A DNA stretch of 41,346 bases from a virus: IMG/VR virus record IMGVR_UViG_3300005069_000001; one strand, 5' to 3'. Made by a program: the position numbers and the translations under genes. The notes under the pieces are model-generated. The model was not told where the DNA came from. It did not search any database and was given only the letters and a program-made list of their open reading frames with translations. How positions within the stretch are numbered: the first letter of the stretch is position 1; each line of letters starts with the position of its first letter. Shown piece after piece: positions 8,270 to 16,813 of the stretch.

Positions 8270-8555
8270 AGTGTCATGATAGCCAGTGTCATAGCGAGCC
8301 GAGCGTCATTCACGTCATGTCACGGGTCATATACAGCTAAAGCTGTGTATATGACCCTGTGACCCTAGTGTCTGACAACGCTAACCCCTTGACTTTATTA
8401 GCTTTTTTTGTGTGTATTCTATGTGACATTTTTATGATTTTCCATATTTTTATTAAAATTCTTTTAAAATCAATGGTTTATTTAGGGGTCACGGTTTTTT
8501 ATATTGTCGTGACCCTTGACCCTAGCCGTGACCCCAAACCTTGACCCTTGTGACT
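8270..8555. promoter_or_regulatory. Origin-of-replication-like region: iterons, palindrome and an AT-rich core
   Basis: GTCAT x5 (starts 8273, 8288, 8305, 8314, 8326). Near-perfect palindrome gggtcatataca..gct/agct..tgtatatgaccc (8324-8357). TGACCC x6 direct (8352, 8360, 8510, 8517, 8529, 8542) and x2 inverted (8324, 8486), flanking a ~95-bp AT-rich stretch (8391-8485). Confidence 0.55.
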
Positions 8556-8603
8556 ATGGCATTAAATAACCTATTTATGACATTTATATGTCAAAATTCA
8601 CAA

Positions 8604-10736
8604 TTAGAACGGTATTTCTTCGCTTCCCTCTTCATTGTCACAATTCTCCTCTTTTTTAATATTTATGAGTGCAAAATTGGTGGCAGGGTCTAAAAAGAAA
8701 AAGCACAAGTCATTTTGATGTGGTATTTTCTCAATGATTTTGGCTTCAATTAGCCTCCCAATAAATCTATTTGATGCTGTCTTTAGCATATTTTTAGCAT
8801 CGTCCTCTTTCTTTCCCATTTGCTCCATAGCGTATTCTTTTAATTGTTTAGGGCTTACGTAAGCCCTGTTTGCGTCAACACTTCGGTAGTGTCTCCAACA
8901 CGCTTTTAAAGTATTAGTATCTTCTTTAACTTTGTTTTCGGTTTCTTTATCTCTTGGTTTTGGTGGTTCTTGATTTTCTGCAAGTTCTAACAATAGCGTG
9001 GTTACTGGTTTCCCTGTTTTGTGATTGATACCGATTAAATCCACGCATTTAAGATTAAATACGATTGGTTTATGCTCTTCACTGTCCTTCATTTTCTTAC
9101 AATATTGAGTAAGTACATTTCCGCTTTTCTTGATGTTATACTCAAAGTCCATAGCACCTTTCCAGCTGGACGACCCCCTCGCTCTATCGTCTGAATTTAA
9201 GCCTGTATGGTGTACTAAAATAACAGTGCAGCCAAACTCATGCTTTAAAATATCGCAGGAATCAATCATGCTTTTTGCGTCTTTACTGGAATTTTCGTCT
9301 CCCTCAAGGAATCTGTGAAGTGTATCAACAAATATTACTTTGGGTGATTCGCCTGTGGTCTCTATGGTTGCATTGATTGCGGTTCGTGCTAATTCTAATC
9401 CCTCGGGCGTATTTAAATTACAGCCTGACTGCGAAACATGAAGCCGTGATAATGATTGACCGTGTTTTTGTTTTAAGCCTATTAAGCGATATTTTAAGCT
9501 ATGGTGTCCCTCCCCTGCAAGATAGATAACATGACCGCCCTCTGTTTTTTTACCGTGCCAATCCATGCCCGTTGCAATATGATAAGCCATGTCCATAACA
9601 TAAAATGTTTTACCATGCCCTGACTGACCATGAATCATGCCAAAGCCATAATCTGGTATAATTTCGTCAATGATAAATGACGGTGGTGATAAATCGGTTA
9701 TCATGTCCTCCGCATTGATTAACCAATTACGCTTGGCAGGGGGGAATATATAATCTTTAACACTTTGGCCGCTGCAAGCCATATCATTAAAATCATAGCC
9801 ACTGGTTGGACCTTTAGGGGGTATAACAACCTCGGCATATTGCTTCCAATCATTAAGCCTATTGGTGATTCGCTGTTGTTCTTTTTGGTCGTTTGAATAA
9901 TCATTATCAGCACAAATAATAAAGCGTGATTGTGCAAAGCGTGGATTTTTTCTTAAGTCTTTTACAACTGGTAAAATGTTGCCCGAATCCATTGCACAAA
10001 TAACGGTTTGTCCTGTGGTTTCATGTAAGGTTGCACCTGTGGAATAGCCCTCGCATATTAATATAGTGTCATCACGTCCGTCTATTGGATAAAAGCAACC
10101 CTGCTTGCGTCCTGATGCGTCTTCGGTTGGTTTAAAATAACGCTTCTCAAATCGCCCTGTGCTTGCGTCAAGATATATTTTTTGCCAATTCCAAAGTTTA
10201 CCTGTGTAGTCCCAAAGCGGAATAAATAAAGTATTGTCAATATTACGTAAATTGTGGTATATATTAACTTGCTTACTGTTGATATATTCGTGGGTAAAGT
10301 GTTGAGTTGGTGTGTTCATTAATTCTGATGCTTTACCTGCAACAAAATTATGCTGTTCTAAAAGCAAGCGTTCATTTTCTTTTTTACGTTCACTGATTTT
10401 GTAATTAATCTCATGCTGTTGTACTGGTGATAATTCACGATAGGAACGAGAAGTAAAAGAAATTGAATCAAGGTTACGCCAGCAACCGAACGCACCATAT
10501 AAAACATTATCCTGATAATCAAATATGCACCAACCGCTTTTGTCATTGCGATTGCGTTCGTGGGTACTAAAACGAATCATTTTACCTAAAACAATGTTTT
10601 GCACAATTAATTTATGTGATGCCATTGCTGCAATTGCCTCACTGATACAATCTTGTAATGACTTTTGATTGTTTTGATTGATTGCCTCTTCGTTTGGGAG
10701 GTCTTTTGTGTAAAATACTTGTGGGAGCAGAGCCAT
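8604..10736 (-). CDS. Bifunctional DNA primase (Toprim) / RepA-like (AAA_25, RecA-fold) replicative helicase (710 aa)
   Basis: Toprim motifs ILICEGYSTGATLHE ... FIICADNDYSND. Helicase Walker A GMIHGQSGHGKTFYV, Walker B KVIFVDTLHRF, and VILVHHTG..RGSSSWKG. The C-terminus is acidic and ends ...EEGSEEIPF. Confidence 0.85.
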   Translation of the reverse strand: MALLPQVFYTKDLPNEEAINQNNQKSLQDCISEAIAAMASHKLIVQNIVLGKMIRFSTHERNRNDKSGWCIFDYQDNVLYGAFGCWRNLDSISFTSRSYRELSPVQQHEINYKISERKKENERLLLEQHNFVAGKASELMNTPTQHFTHEYINSKQVNIYHNLRNIDNTLFIPLWDYTGKLWNWQKIYLDASTGRFEKRYFKPTEDASGRKQGCFYPIDGRDDTILICEGYSTGATLHETTGQTVICAMDSGNILPVVKDLRKNPRFAQSRFIICADNDYSNDQKEQQRITNRLNDWKQYAEVVIPPKGPTSGYDFNDMACSGQSVKDYIFPPAKRNWLINAEDMITDLSPPSFIIDEIIPDYGFGMIHGQSGHGKTFYVMDMAYHIATGMDWHGKKTEGGHVIYLAGEGHHSLKYRLIGLKQKHGQSLSRLHVSQSGCNLNTPEGLELARTAINATIETTGESPKVIFVDTLHRFLEGDENSSKDAKSMIDSCDILKHEFGCTVILVHHTGLNSDDRARGSSSWKGAMDFEYNIKKSGNVLTQYCKKMKDSEEHKPIVFNLKCVDLIGINHKTGKPVTTLLLELAENQEPPKPRDKETENKVKEDTNTLKACWRHYRSVDANRAYVSPKQLKEYAMEQMGKKEDDAKNMLKTASNRFIGRLIEAKIIEKIPHQNDLCFFFLDPATNFALINIKKEENCDNEEGSEEIPF

Positions 10737-10772
10737 GTTATTTGCTTTCGTTATTATTGATTTAAAAGGATT

Positions 10773-10793
10773 AAAAAAGCCCTAAAAAGGGCT
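10773..10793 (-). terminator. Intrinsic terminator after the AT-rich 153-aa gene
   Basis: On the minus strand: agccc-ttttta-gggct followed by TTTTT. Confidence 0.5.
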
Positions 10794-10803
10794 TAATCTT
10801 TGA

Positions 10804-11265
10804 TTACTTAGAAACGATAGAAAAATATTCGTTCATAAGATTGTTATAGATTTTTTTTGATTGACTATTTAAGTGTTCTATTGTTCTTTTTATAAAGAAA
10901 TTAAATTCTTCGTTTTTAATATCTACTGCGTATTCTTTTATAAATTTAACGTGTATTTTTCCTGTTAGGTTTACATTAACCCTTATTATAAAAGGATTGC
11001 CATAAATAATAGTTGATATAGCTTTTTGATGATTTTTTATTACCTTTTGATATTCATTATCAAGTAAAAGTGGGTACACAACTTTGCAATCATTGTAATT
11101 AAAATCTTTAAAGAAAAAATCTAATATATATTCTTCTGCATCATCATTAAAATCTTCTTTTGCAGAGCTAAAAGAACCAATAAATGATTTTGTGTCTTGA
11201 TTGGTTAGTAAAACCCATACAAGTTTGTTAATGAGTTTTTGGTCTTTAAAATAAATATTTTGCAT
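10804..11265 (-). CDS. Hypothetical protein (153 aa) in a strongly AT-rich insert (moron-like)
   Basis: ATG ORF. 11/60 G+C at 10861-10920 versus 25/60 at 9361-9420 in the neighbouring primase gene. Has its own terminator. No family recognised. Confidence 0.6.
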   Translation of the reverse strand: MQNIYFKDQKLINKLVWVLLTNQDTKSFIGSFSSAKEDFNDDAEEYILDFFFKDFNYNDCKVVYPLLLDNEYQKVIKNHQKAISTIIYGNPFIIRVNVNLTGKIHVKFIKEYAVDIKNEEFNFFIKRTIEHLNSQSKKIYNNLMNEYFSIVSK

Positions 11266-11286
11266 ATATACTCCTAATGCAAGTTG

Positions 11287-11469
11287 TTAATTTTCGTTTT
11301 TGTTTATGAAGTCAATCATTGCGTTAATAAATTTACTCGTTGGATTATCGCTTATACCTCTTAAAAAACGGTAAACGTGGCGATATGTCACCCCAGTTTC
11401 TTTTGCAACCGTGCAAGGGGGGTAATTTTTCAACTTTTCTCTAATTTCATTTATATCTATTTTATCCAT
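11287..11469 (-). CDS. Small HTH regulator (60 aa)
   Basis: HTH-like CTVAKETGVTYRHVYRFLRG. First gene leftward of a divergent promoter region. Confidence 0.65.
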   Translation of the reverse strand: MDKIDINEIREKLKNYPPCTVAKETGVTYRHVYRFLRGISDNPTSKFINAMIDFINKNEN

Positions 11470-11503
11470 GTTAACCCTTTATAAATTATTTTAAATTATC
11501 CTC

Positions 11504-11537
11504 TTGACATGATGACATATATGTCGTATATTGTCAA
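11504..11537 (+). promoter_or_regulatory. Rightward sigma70 promoter of the recombination/replication operon with a 12-bp palindromic operator, and an inverted TTGACA for leftward transcription
   Basis: TTGACA (11504-11509), 17 nt, TATATT (11527-11532). The spacer contains GACATATATGTC (11514-11525). TGTCAA at 11532-11537 is TTGACA on the minus strand. Confidence 0.7.
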
Positions 11538-11580
11538 TACGATTTATAGGTCGTGATGTTAATCAATACTAGGAGTAAAA

Positions 11581-12264
11581 ATGATAGAGCCAGTAATACA
11601 ATCGACACAAGATTGTAATTTAAACAAACCATATAAGATGCTTGTTTACGGTGCGGCAGGGGTAGGAAAGACCGCCTTAATTCCCACACTTAATAATCCA
11701 TTAATTTTAGTTACCGAATCAGGCAATCCGTTAATGGGACTGTCAGGATATAACTTTCCTTTTGTAAAAATCAATGATTTTAATCACTTTTTGGACTGCT
11801 TGCGTTTTTTTAAAAATGATGCACGTTTTAGTACGATTGTTATTGATAGTATCAGTGACTTATCACAGATGCGAATAAATGACTTGTTAAAGGGTAAAAG
11901 TAACGGCGGTAAAAAGATTCATGGTGAACAAGCATACGGCTTATTATTGCAGGATTTTGACGCTGTCTTTGATTTACTCAATGAGTGTATTCATGATGTT
12001 GTTTGTTTTGGTAAATTACATACATTTGAAGCAGAGGATAAGAAGCAATTATTTTATCCATTGTTTGCAGGGAAAGCACTCAATCCGATTGCATTACATT
12101 ATTTTGATGCAGTTGTTGCACTGGATAAGCAAGGCGGCAATCGTCAATTAATCACTTCACAGAATTATCAATGGCAAGCTAAGGCACGCACGCCGTTTGT
12201 TATTGGTGATAACCACGAGCCACATTTAGGTAAATTATTAAACAAAATAAGGGGGATACAGTGA
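11581..12264 (+). CDS. Sak4-like / AAA_24 RecA-fold ATPase (ssDNA annealing/recombination), 227 aa
   Basis: Walker A YGAAGVGKTAL, Walker B TIVIDSISD. Typical size, and synteny with a DUF669 gene. Confidence 0.75.
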   Translation: MIEPVIQSTQDCNLNKPYKMLVYGAAGVGKTALIPTLNNPLILVTESGNPLMGLSGYNFPFVKINDFNHFLDCLRFFKNDARFSTIVIDSISDLSQMRINDLLKGKSNGGKKIHGEQAYGLLLQDFDAVFDLLNECIHDVVCFGKLHTFEAEDKKQLFYPLFAGKALNPIALHYFDAVVALDKQGGNRQLITSQNYQWQAKARTPFVIGDNHEPHLGKLLNKIRGIQ

Positions 12265-12665
12265 CATTAACACTAGAACAGCAATTTCTTGAATTAAGAG
12301 CAATGGAGGCACAATTAAAAGAAGACCGCTTTGCTTTAGAAACTAAAATTGCAAGTGCATATCAATATGACACTTTAAGCGGTAAATCTAAAAGATTTAT
12401 TACAGAAACCGCAAGCGGTGAAAAATTAGATATTCAATTTTCAGCTTCACAAGTTAAAAAAGTGGATTGCGATAAATTGCGTGAGATACAGATGAAAAAT
12501 AACATTCCGCAAGAAGTTATTGATAGATTGTTTCGTTTTAAAGCAGAGGTTAATTCAACAGAATTTAACGCTTTACCACAAGCAAATAAAGACATTTTGA
12601 ATGGTGCAATTACCATTCAGATTAACAAGCCAACATTAAAAATAACCCCAATTAAAAAGGACTAA
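12261..12665 (+). CDS. Hypothetical protein (134 aa) of the recombination module
   Basis: GTG start overlapping the upstream stop (GTGA). AAGGGGG SD at 12249-12255. Confidence 0.6.
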   Translation: MTLTLEQQFLELRAMEAQLKEDRFALETKIASAYQYDTLSGKSKRFITETASGEKLDIQFSASQVKKVDCDKLREIQMKNNIPQEVIDRLFRFKAEVNSTEFNALPQANKDILNGAITIQINKPTLKITPIKKD

Positions 12666-12669
12666 AAAC

Positions 12670-13293
12670 ATGGCACAATTCGGACAAGTTTTTTATACAG
12701 CACAACTACCAAAAGAAAATACAAGAGAGGTTTTGCCAGCTGGTGAGTATATTGCAGTATTGGATAAAGCAGGAATAAAAGATACAAAAGCAGGTGATGG
12801 ACAGTATCTTAATTGCCAGTTTAAAGTTGTTGATGGACAGCATAAAGGCGGTGTTTTTTTTGATATTATCAATATTGCAAACCCTAACGCACAAGCGGTT
12901 GAAATTGGTTTAGCACGTTTAAACACAATTCTTACGATTGGTGGATTAAGTGCTTGTGGTTCGACAGAGGACTTAGAACACGCAAGAATTCATATTTTAG
13001 CAGTGTTGGGTGTAGAGGAATATAACGGCAACAAAAAAAATAAATTGATTGCTATTAAAAACCCTAATGCACAAAGTCAAAAATCACCACAACCAACGAT
13101 GCAACCGATACAGTCACAGTCTTACGTTGCACAGCAACCGATACAAGCACAATCGGCATACCAGCAACCGCAACAACAATACGCACCAGTTGCACAGCCA
13201 CAGCAACAATGGCAAGCACAGCCGCAGCAACCAGTTGCACCAAGCATACAAAGTACGCAACAAATGCTTAATGATGAAATACCTTGGAATTAA
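12670..13293 (+). CDS. DUF669-type ssDNA-binding-like protein with a Q/P-rich linker and SSB-like acidic/aromatic C-terminal tip (207 aa)
   Basis: N-terminal pattern LPAGEYIAVLDKAGIKDTKAGDGQYLNCQFKVVDGQHKGGVFFD is typical of DUF669. The linker QQPIQAQSAYQQPQQQYAPVAQPQQQWQAQPQQP ends ...MLNDEIPWN. Confidence 0.7.
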   Translation: MAQFGQVFYTAQLPKENTREVLPAGEYIAVLDKAGIKDTKAGDGQYLNCQFKVVDGQHKGGVFFDIINIANPNAQAVEIGLARLNTILTIGGLSACGSTEDLEHARIHILAVLGVEEYNGNKKNKLIAIKNPNAQSQKSPQPTMQPIQSQSYVAQQPIQAQSAYQQPQQQYAPVAQPQQQWQAQPQQPVAPSIQSTQQMLNDEIPWN

Positions 13294-13296
13294 TGA

Positions 13297-14898
13297 ATGT
13301 TAAAACTTAGGGATTATCAACAGCAAGCAATATCTGAATTATACGGATATATAAAAACTAACAAGGGGTTAAACCCTTGTCTAGTTGCCTGTACAGGTTT
13401 CGGAAAATCTGTACTTGTTGCAAAAATTTGTTATGATTTTTTTATAAAAGGCACAGGAGAAATGCTTGTTTTTATGCCAAGCAAAGAACTTGTAGAGCAA
13501 AATTACAATAAAGTAATCGAGTTTATTAATCCTCGTGATGTCGGTATTTTTTGTAGTGGGTTAGGTAAAAAAAACCTTGATAAAAAAATCACCCTTGCGA
13601 CTATTGGTTCTATTTATAATAAAAAAACACCTAATTATAAAGTAATAGTACTTGATGAAGGACATTTAGCTCTTGTTAAAGAAAAAGGTTTATACCGACA
13701 ATTTATCAGTAAATTTCCTGATGCCTTAGTGATTGGATTAACTGCCACGCCTTACAGAATGGATAACGGATATATTAACGTGGGTGACAACCCATTGTTT
13801 AATGATTTGATTATTCCTGATGGCACAACCATTCCCGAGCTAATTGCAGGGGGTTATTTATCCACGCTTAAATCAAAAGTATCAGATACTGGATTATCGT
13901 TTAAGGGCGTTAAAAAAAGTAAAGGTGATTTTAATGAGAAGCAAGTAGGGGAGATTGTTAATCATTTTGATGCGATTGAGAAGGTTATTGTTGATTTAAT
14001 CGAACGGACAAAAGATTTTAAGCACGTTTTAGTTTTTTGTTCTGGTATTGACCACACGGTTAATATTTCACAAGCGTTATGCGATAAAGGGGAGCGTTCT
14101 TTTTATGTACACGGTAAAATGTCAAAAGCAGACCGCAAAATGGCAATCGATAGCTTTAAGGGTGGAATCTTAAAATATTTATGCAATCCAAACATATTGA
14201 CCACAGGCTTTGATTATCCTGATATTGATTGTGTGGTTATGCTTAGACCTACTTATAGCGTAGTTTTATACGTTCAAATGGCAGGGCGTGGATTGCGTTT
14301 AAAATCACATACAGACCATTGTGTAATATTGGATTATGTGGGGAATATTGAGCGACATGGTACGATTATTAATCCAAAAGTTAAAGACAAAAAAGAGGAG
14401 GTAGCGACTAAGATTTGTCCGCAATGCTTAGAAGTAAATGACAAAGAAGCTGAAATTTGCATTGATTGCGGGTATGATTTTAATGTAGAAAAAAAAGCAA
14501 GCAAGGGGGGCGGTGAAAGAGAGCCAAGTCAACAATACGCATTATCTAATCAAGATATTATGTATGATGAGAATAAACCAGAGGAGATAAATATTTTTCA
14601 CTGGATTTGGAAAAAATACACCAGCAAAAAAGACGGGAGTAATGGCATAATATGTGAATTTTTACCGTTTAATGGCAAGCCAATACCAATGATATTGCCA
14701 ATAGAAAATGAAAAAGCACAATATCCAGTTAAAAGAAATTTAAAATTAATATCAGAGTATTGCTATGAATCTTTTGTTACTTTTAAATTAGATATAGACG
14801 CTTTTATTTATTGTATGAATAATGACGTAACAAGGCCAGAATCAATCACAGTCAAAAAAGACGGTAATTTTTACAAGTTTTTAAAGATTAATTATTAA
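13297..14898 (+). CDS. SF2 DEAD/DEAH-box DNA helicase with an internal zinc ribbon (533 aa)
   Basis: Motif I ACTGFGKS, II VLDEGH, III LTATP, VI QMAGRGLR. Zinc ribbon CPQCLEVNDKEAEICIDCGY. Confidence 0.85.
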   Translation: MLKLRDYQQQAISELYGYIKTNKGLNPCLVACTGFGKSVLVAKICYDFFIKGTGEMLVFMPSKELVEQNYNKVIEFINPRDVGIFCSGLGKKNLDKKITLATIGSIYNKKTPNYKVIVLDEGHLALVKEKGLYRQFISKFPDALVIGLTATPYRMDNGYINVGDNPLFNDLIIPDGTTIPELIAGGYLSTLKSKVSDTGLSFKGVKKSKGDFNEKQVGEIVNHFDAIEKVIVDLIERTKDFKHVLVFCSGIDHTVNISQALCDKGERSFYVHGKMSKADRKMAIDSFKGGILKYLCNPNILTTGFDYPDIDCVVMLRPTYSVVLYVQMAGRGLRLKSHTDHCVILDYVGNIERHGTIINPKVKDKKEEVATKICPQCLEVNDKEAEICIDCGYDFNVEKKASKGGGEREPSQQYALSNQDIMYDENKPEEINIFHWIWKKYTSKKDGSNGIICEFLPFNGKPIPMILPIENEKAQYPVKRNLKLISEYCYESFVTFKLDIDAFIYCMNNDVTRPESITVKKDGNFYKFLKINY

Positions 14899-14915
14899 CA
14901 CAAGGAGAGTAAAAA

Positions 14916-15101
14916 ATGAAAGATAATTTTGTAGATAAACTTGAAGAACTTATTAATAAATCACAAAAAATGCAAGAAACGACAGGAAAAAAAGTTGCAA
15001 GGTCTTTTATTTATAAAACGCCACCAGATGGAATACCACCTGAAACTTTTGCTATGGCGATGCAACTTAATAAAAAACGAAAAAAACGAGGTAAAAAATG
15101 A
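14916..15101 (+). CDS. Hypothetical small protein with a basic tail (61 aa)
   Basis: AAGGAG at 14902-14907. C-terminus KKRKKRGKK. ATGA overlap with the next gene. Confidence 0.55.
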   Translation: MKDNFVDKLEELINKSQKMQETTGKKVARSFIYKTPPDGIPPETFAMAMQLNKKRKKRGKK

Positions 15102-15922
15102 CACAAAATAAATTTTGGTTAGTTCGTGGTTTGAACATAGAAAAAAAGCACGAAAACAAAGAGCAAGCTGAATATAGTGCTAAAGAATTAGCAAAAGAAC
15201 ACGCCTCAGAATTTGGCGTGTTTGAATTGGTGAGCAGTTTTAAGGGGGTAGTCACAAAGACTGTTAATGTTATTGAAACTTTGCTTGAGGTAACGCCCAA
15301 GGAAACTTTGGCAGTTACAGAGCAAGACGACATAATAAGCGTTAAGCCTGTGTTAGGATTGCCAACCATAGACGAAACACCAAAGTTTAAAATAGGTGAC
15401 ATTGTTACCATTAATGCTATTGGTTTTAAGGGAGAAAAATTTGAAATAACATATTGCGTCAACGATATAGATAATTATTATTATGATGTAAAAAATATAG
15501 AAAACCAAGATGAAAGAAGCCACGGCATTAATGAATGTGACATAACGCTTGCAGAACCAACCGTCGACAAAACGGAGACAGTTAAGCCTAAATTTAAAGT
15601 TGGTGATATTGTTAATCACAAACACTATGGAAAATGTACGATTCAACAGTTTAATTGTATTGGCAGTCAAGGTGCATGGTATGCTGTCACTAATAAGGAA
15701 AGCCCTGAATGGTTTTGCATAAAAGAAGAAAAATTAACACTTGCAGAACCTGAAACACCTAAGCATGAGTTTAAAATTGGTGATAGGGTTTATCTTGATA
15801 ACTATTTTGATTGCATTGTAGATGATTATATTGACGAAACAAAATCTTACAAAGTATCGTTTATGGGAAGCGGTGGATATGCAATAGTTAATAAAGTTAG
15901 GGTGTCACACCGCAAACAATAA
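15098..15922 (+). CDS. Hypothetical protein with three tandem SH3/Tudor-like repeats (274 aa)
   Basis: Repeats begin PKFKIGDIVTI, PKFKVGDIVNH and HEFKIGDRVYL. The first two end in (I/L)TLAEP. Confidence 0.65.
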   Translation: MTQNKFWLVRGLNIEKKHENKEQAEYSAKELAKEHASEFGVFELVSSFKGVVTKTVNVIETLLEVTPKETLAVTEQDDIISVKPVLGLPTIDETPKFKIGDIVTINAIGFKGEKFEITYCVNDIDNYYYDVKNIENQDERSHGINECDITLAEPTVDKTETVKPKFKVGDIVNHKHYGKCTIQQFNCIGSQGAWYAVTNKESPEWFCIKEEKLTLAEPETPKHEFKIGDRVYLDNYFDCIVDDYIDETKSYKVSFMGSGGYAIVNKVRVSHRKQ

Positions 15923-15935
15923 ACGCATAAAAAAG

Positions 15936-15962
15936 AAAAGCAGGTGTTGAGCCTGCTTTTTT
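15936..15962. terminator. Bidirectional intrinsic terminator between convergent genes
   Basis: aaaagcagg-tgttgag-cctgctttt forms a 9-bp stem flanked by an A-run and a T-run. Confidence 0.8.
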
Positions 15963-15963
15963 G

Positions 15964-16191
15964 TTACCCAATGACAATAGCATCAACGGCAATATCACCT
16001 TCTTCTGGTTCATCATGTTTGCCATAATACCACGACGTATTTTTATTAAGTGCTATTTTAATTTTTACAATGGCTGATAAATTAACATCAGAATAACCTC
16101 CTTCATACCCCATCAAAGTAACCATTGTGTCTTGGTCAAATTCTTTCAACTTCTCAATCAGTTCTCGCACTGTGGTTTTTGTTTCAGTCAT
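15964..16191 (-). CDS. Hypothetical protein (75 aa), last gene of a 4-gene coupled cassette
   Basis: ATG overlaps the upstream stop (ATGA at 16188-16191). Confidence 0.6.
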   Translation of the reverse strand: MTETKTTVRELIEKLKEFDQDTMVTLMGYEGGYSDVNLSAIVKIKIALNKNTSWYYGKHDEPEEGDIAVDAIVIG

Positions 16192-16337
16192 TTTTTATCT
16201 CTTCCTTCGTATAAATCCCATAGGTTATCCTTTAATACTTTTGCAAAATCATTACCTAAAGGTTCTTGATTAGCAGATAATTCTGCATAGAAATTAGATA
16301 TTTTTTCCACAAAATCATCATTTTCATTATTATCCAT
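16188..16337 (-). CDS. Small acidic hypothetical protein (49 aa), not in the ORF track
   Basis: Hand translation MDNNENDDFVEKISNFYAELSANQEPLGNDFAKVLKDNLWDLYEGRDKK*. TAATG overlap upstream and ATGA overlap downstream. Confidence 0.5.
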   Translation of the reverse strand: MDNNENDDFVEKISNFYAELSANQEPLGNDFAKVLKDNLWDLYEGRDKK

Positions 16338-16813
16338 TATCTCACCTCTCTATTTTTATTAATTGCTTCGATTAATTCGTCTATTGTGTACATTGACACA
16401 ATAGATTTGTTGTTATCGCTTGGAATAGCAGAACGCCCCAGCCGATAATAATAAGCCTCTATATCCTGATATTCCTGTGCTACCTCAGCAAACGCTTGGA
16501 TAACATCAAGGCGTTGGGTGGTTGCAAAGATTTGATATTTGCTGAATTTAACCATAGTGCCTAAATAATGACTAAAATAAGATTTTAATTCTCTGCAATG
16601 AACATTGTGTAAAAAATTTTCTTTTAATAAGAATTTTTTATTTCTGTCGTTATTTGGCTCAATAATATTATCATAAATTGCTTCAATAATATTATCATAA
16701 CCGTTTTCTGATTTATTAGAAAATAGGTTGAAATGCCCTAGCTTTTCAATGGATAGATTATTCACGCTTTCAAATGACATATTTTCTAATTTTGTGATGT
16801 GTTTTTGCATCAT
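16337..16813 (-). CDS. Hypothetical protein (158 aa) with an in-frame micro-duplication
   Basis: ATGA overlap with the HTH gene. Peptide YDNIIEAIYDNIIEP is encoded by a tandem ~24-nt DNA repeat around 16658-16700. Confidence 0.6.
   Translation of the reverse strand: MMQKHITKLENMSFESVNNLSIEKLGHFNLFSNKSENGYDNIIEAIYDNIIEPNNDRNKKFLLKENFLHNVHCRELKSYFSHYLGTMVKFSKYQIFATTQRLDVIQAFAEVAQEYQDIEAYYYRLGRSAIPSDNNKSIVSMYTIDELIEAINKNREVR

Noticed and set aside
8359-8544. 61-aa plus-strand ORF inside the origin-like region
   Set aside because: GTG start, no SD, and a sequence made of iterons and the AT-rich core. Most likely a non-coding artefact.
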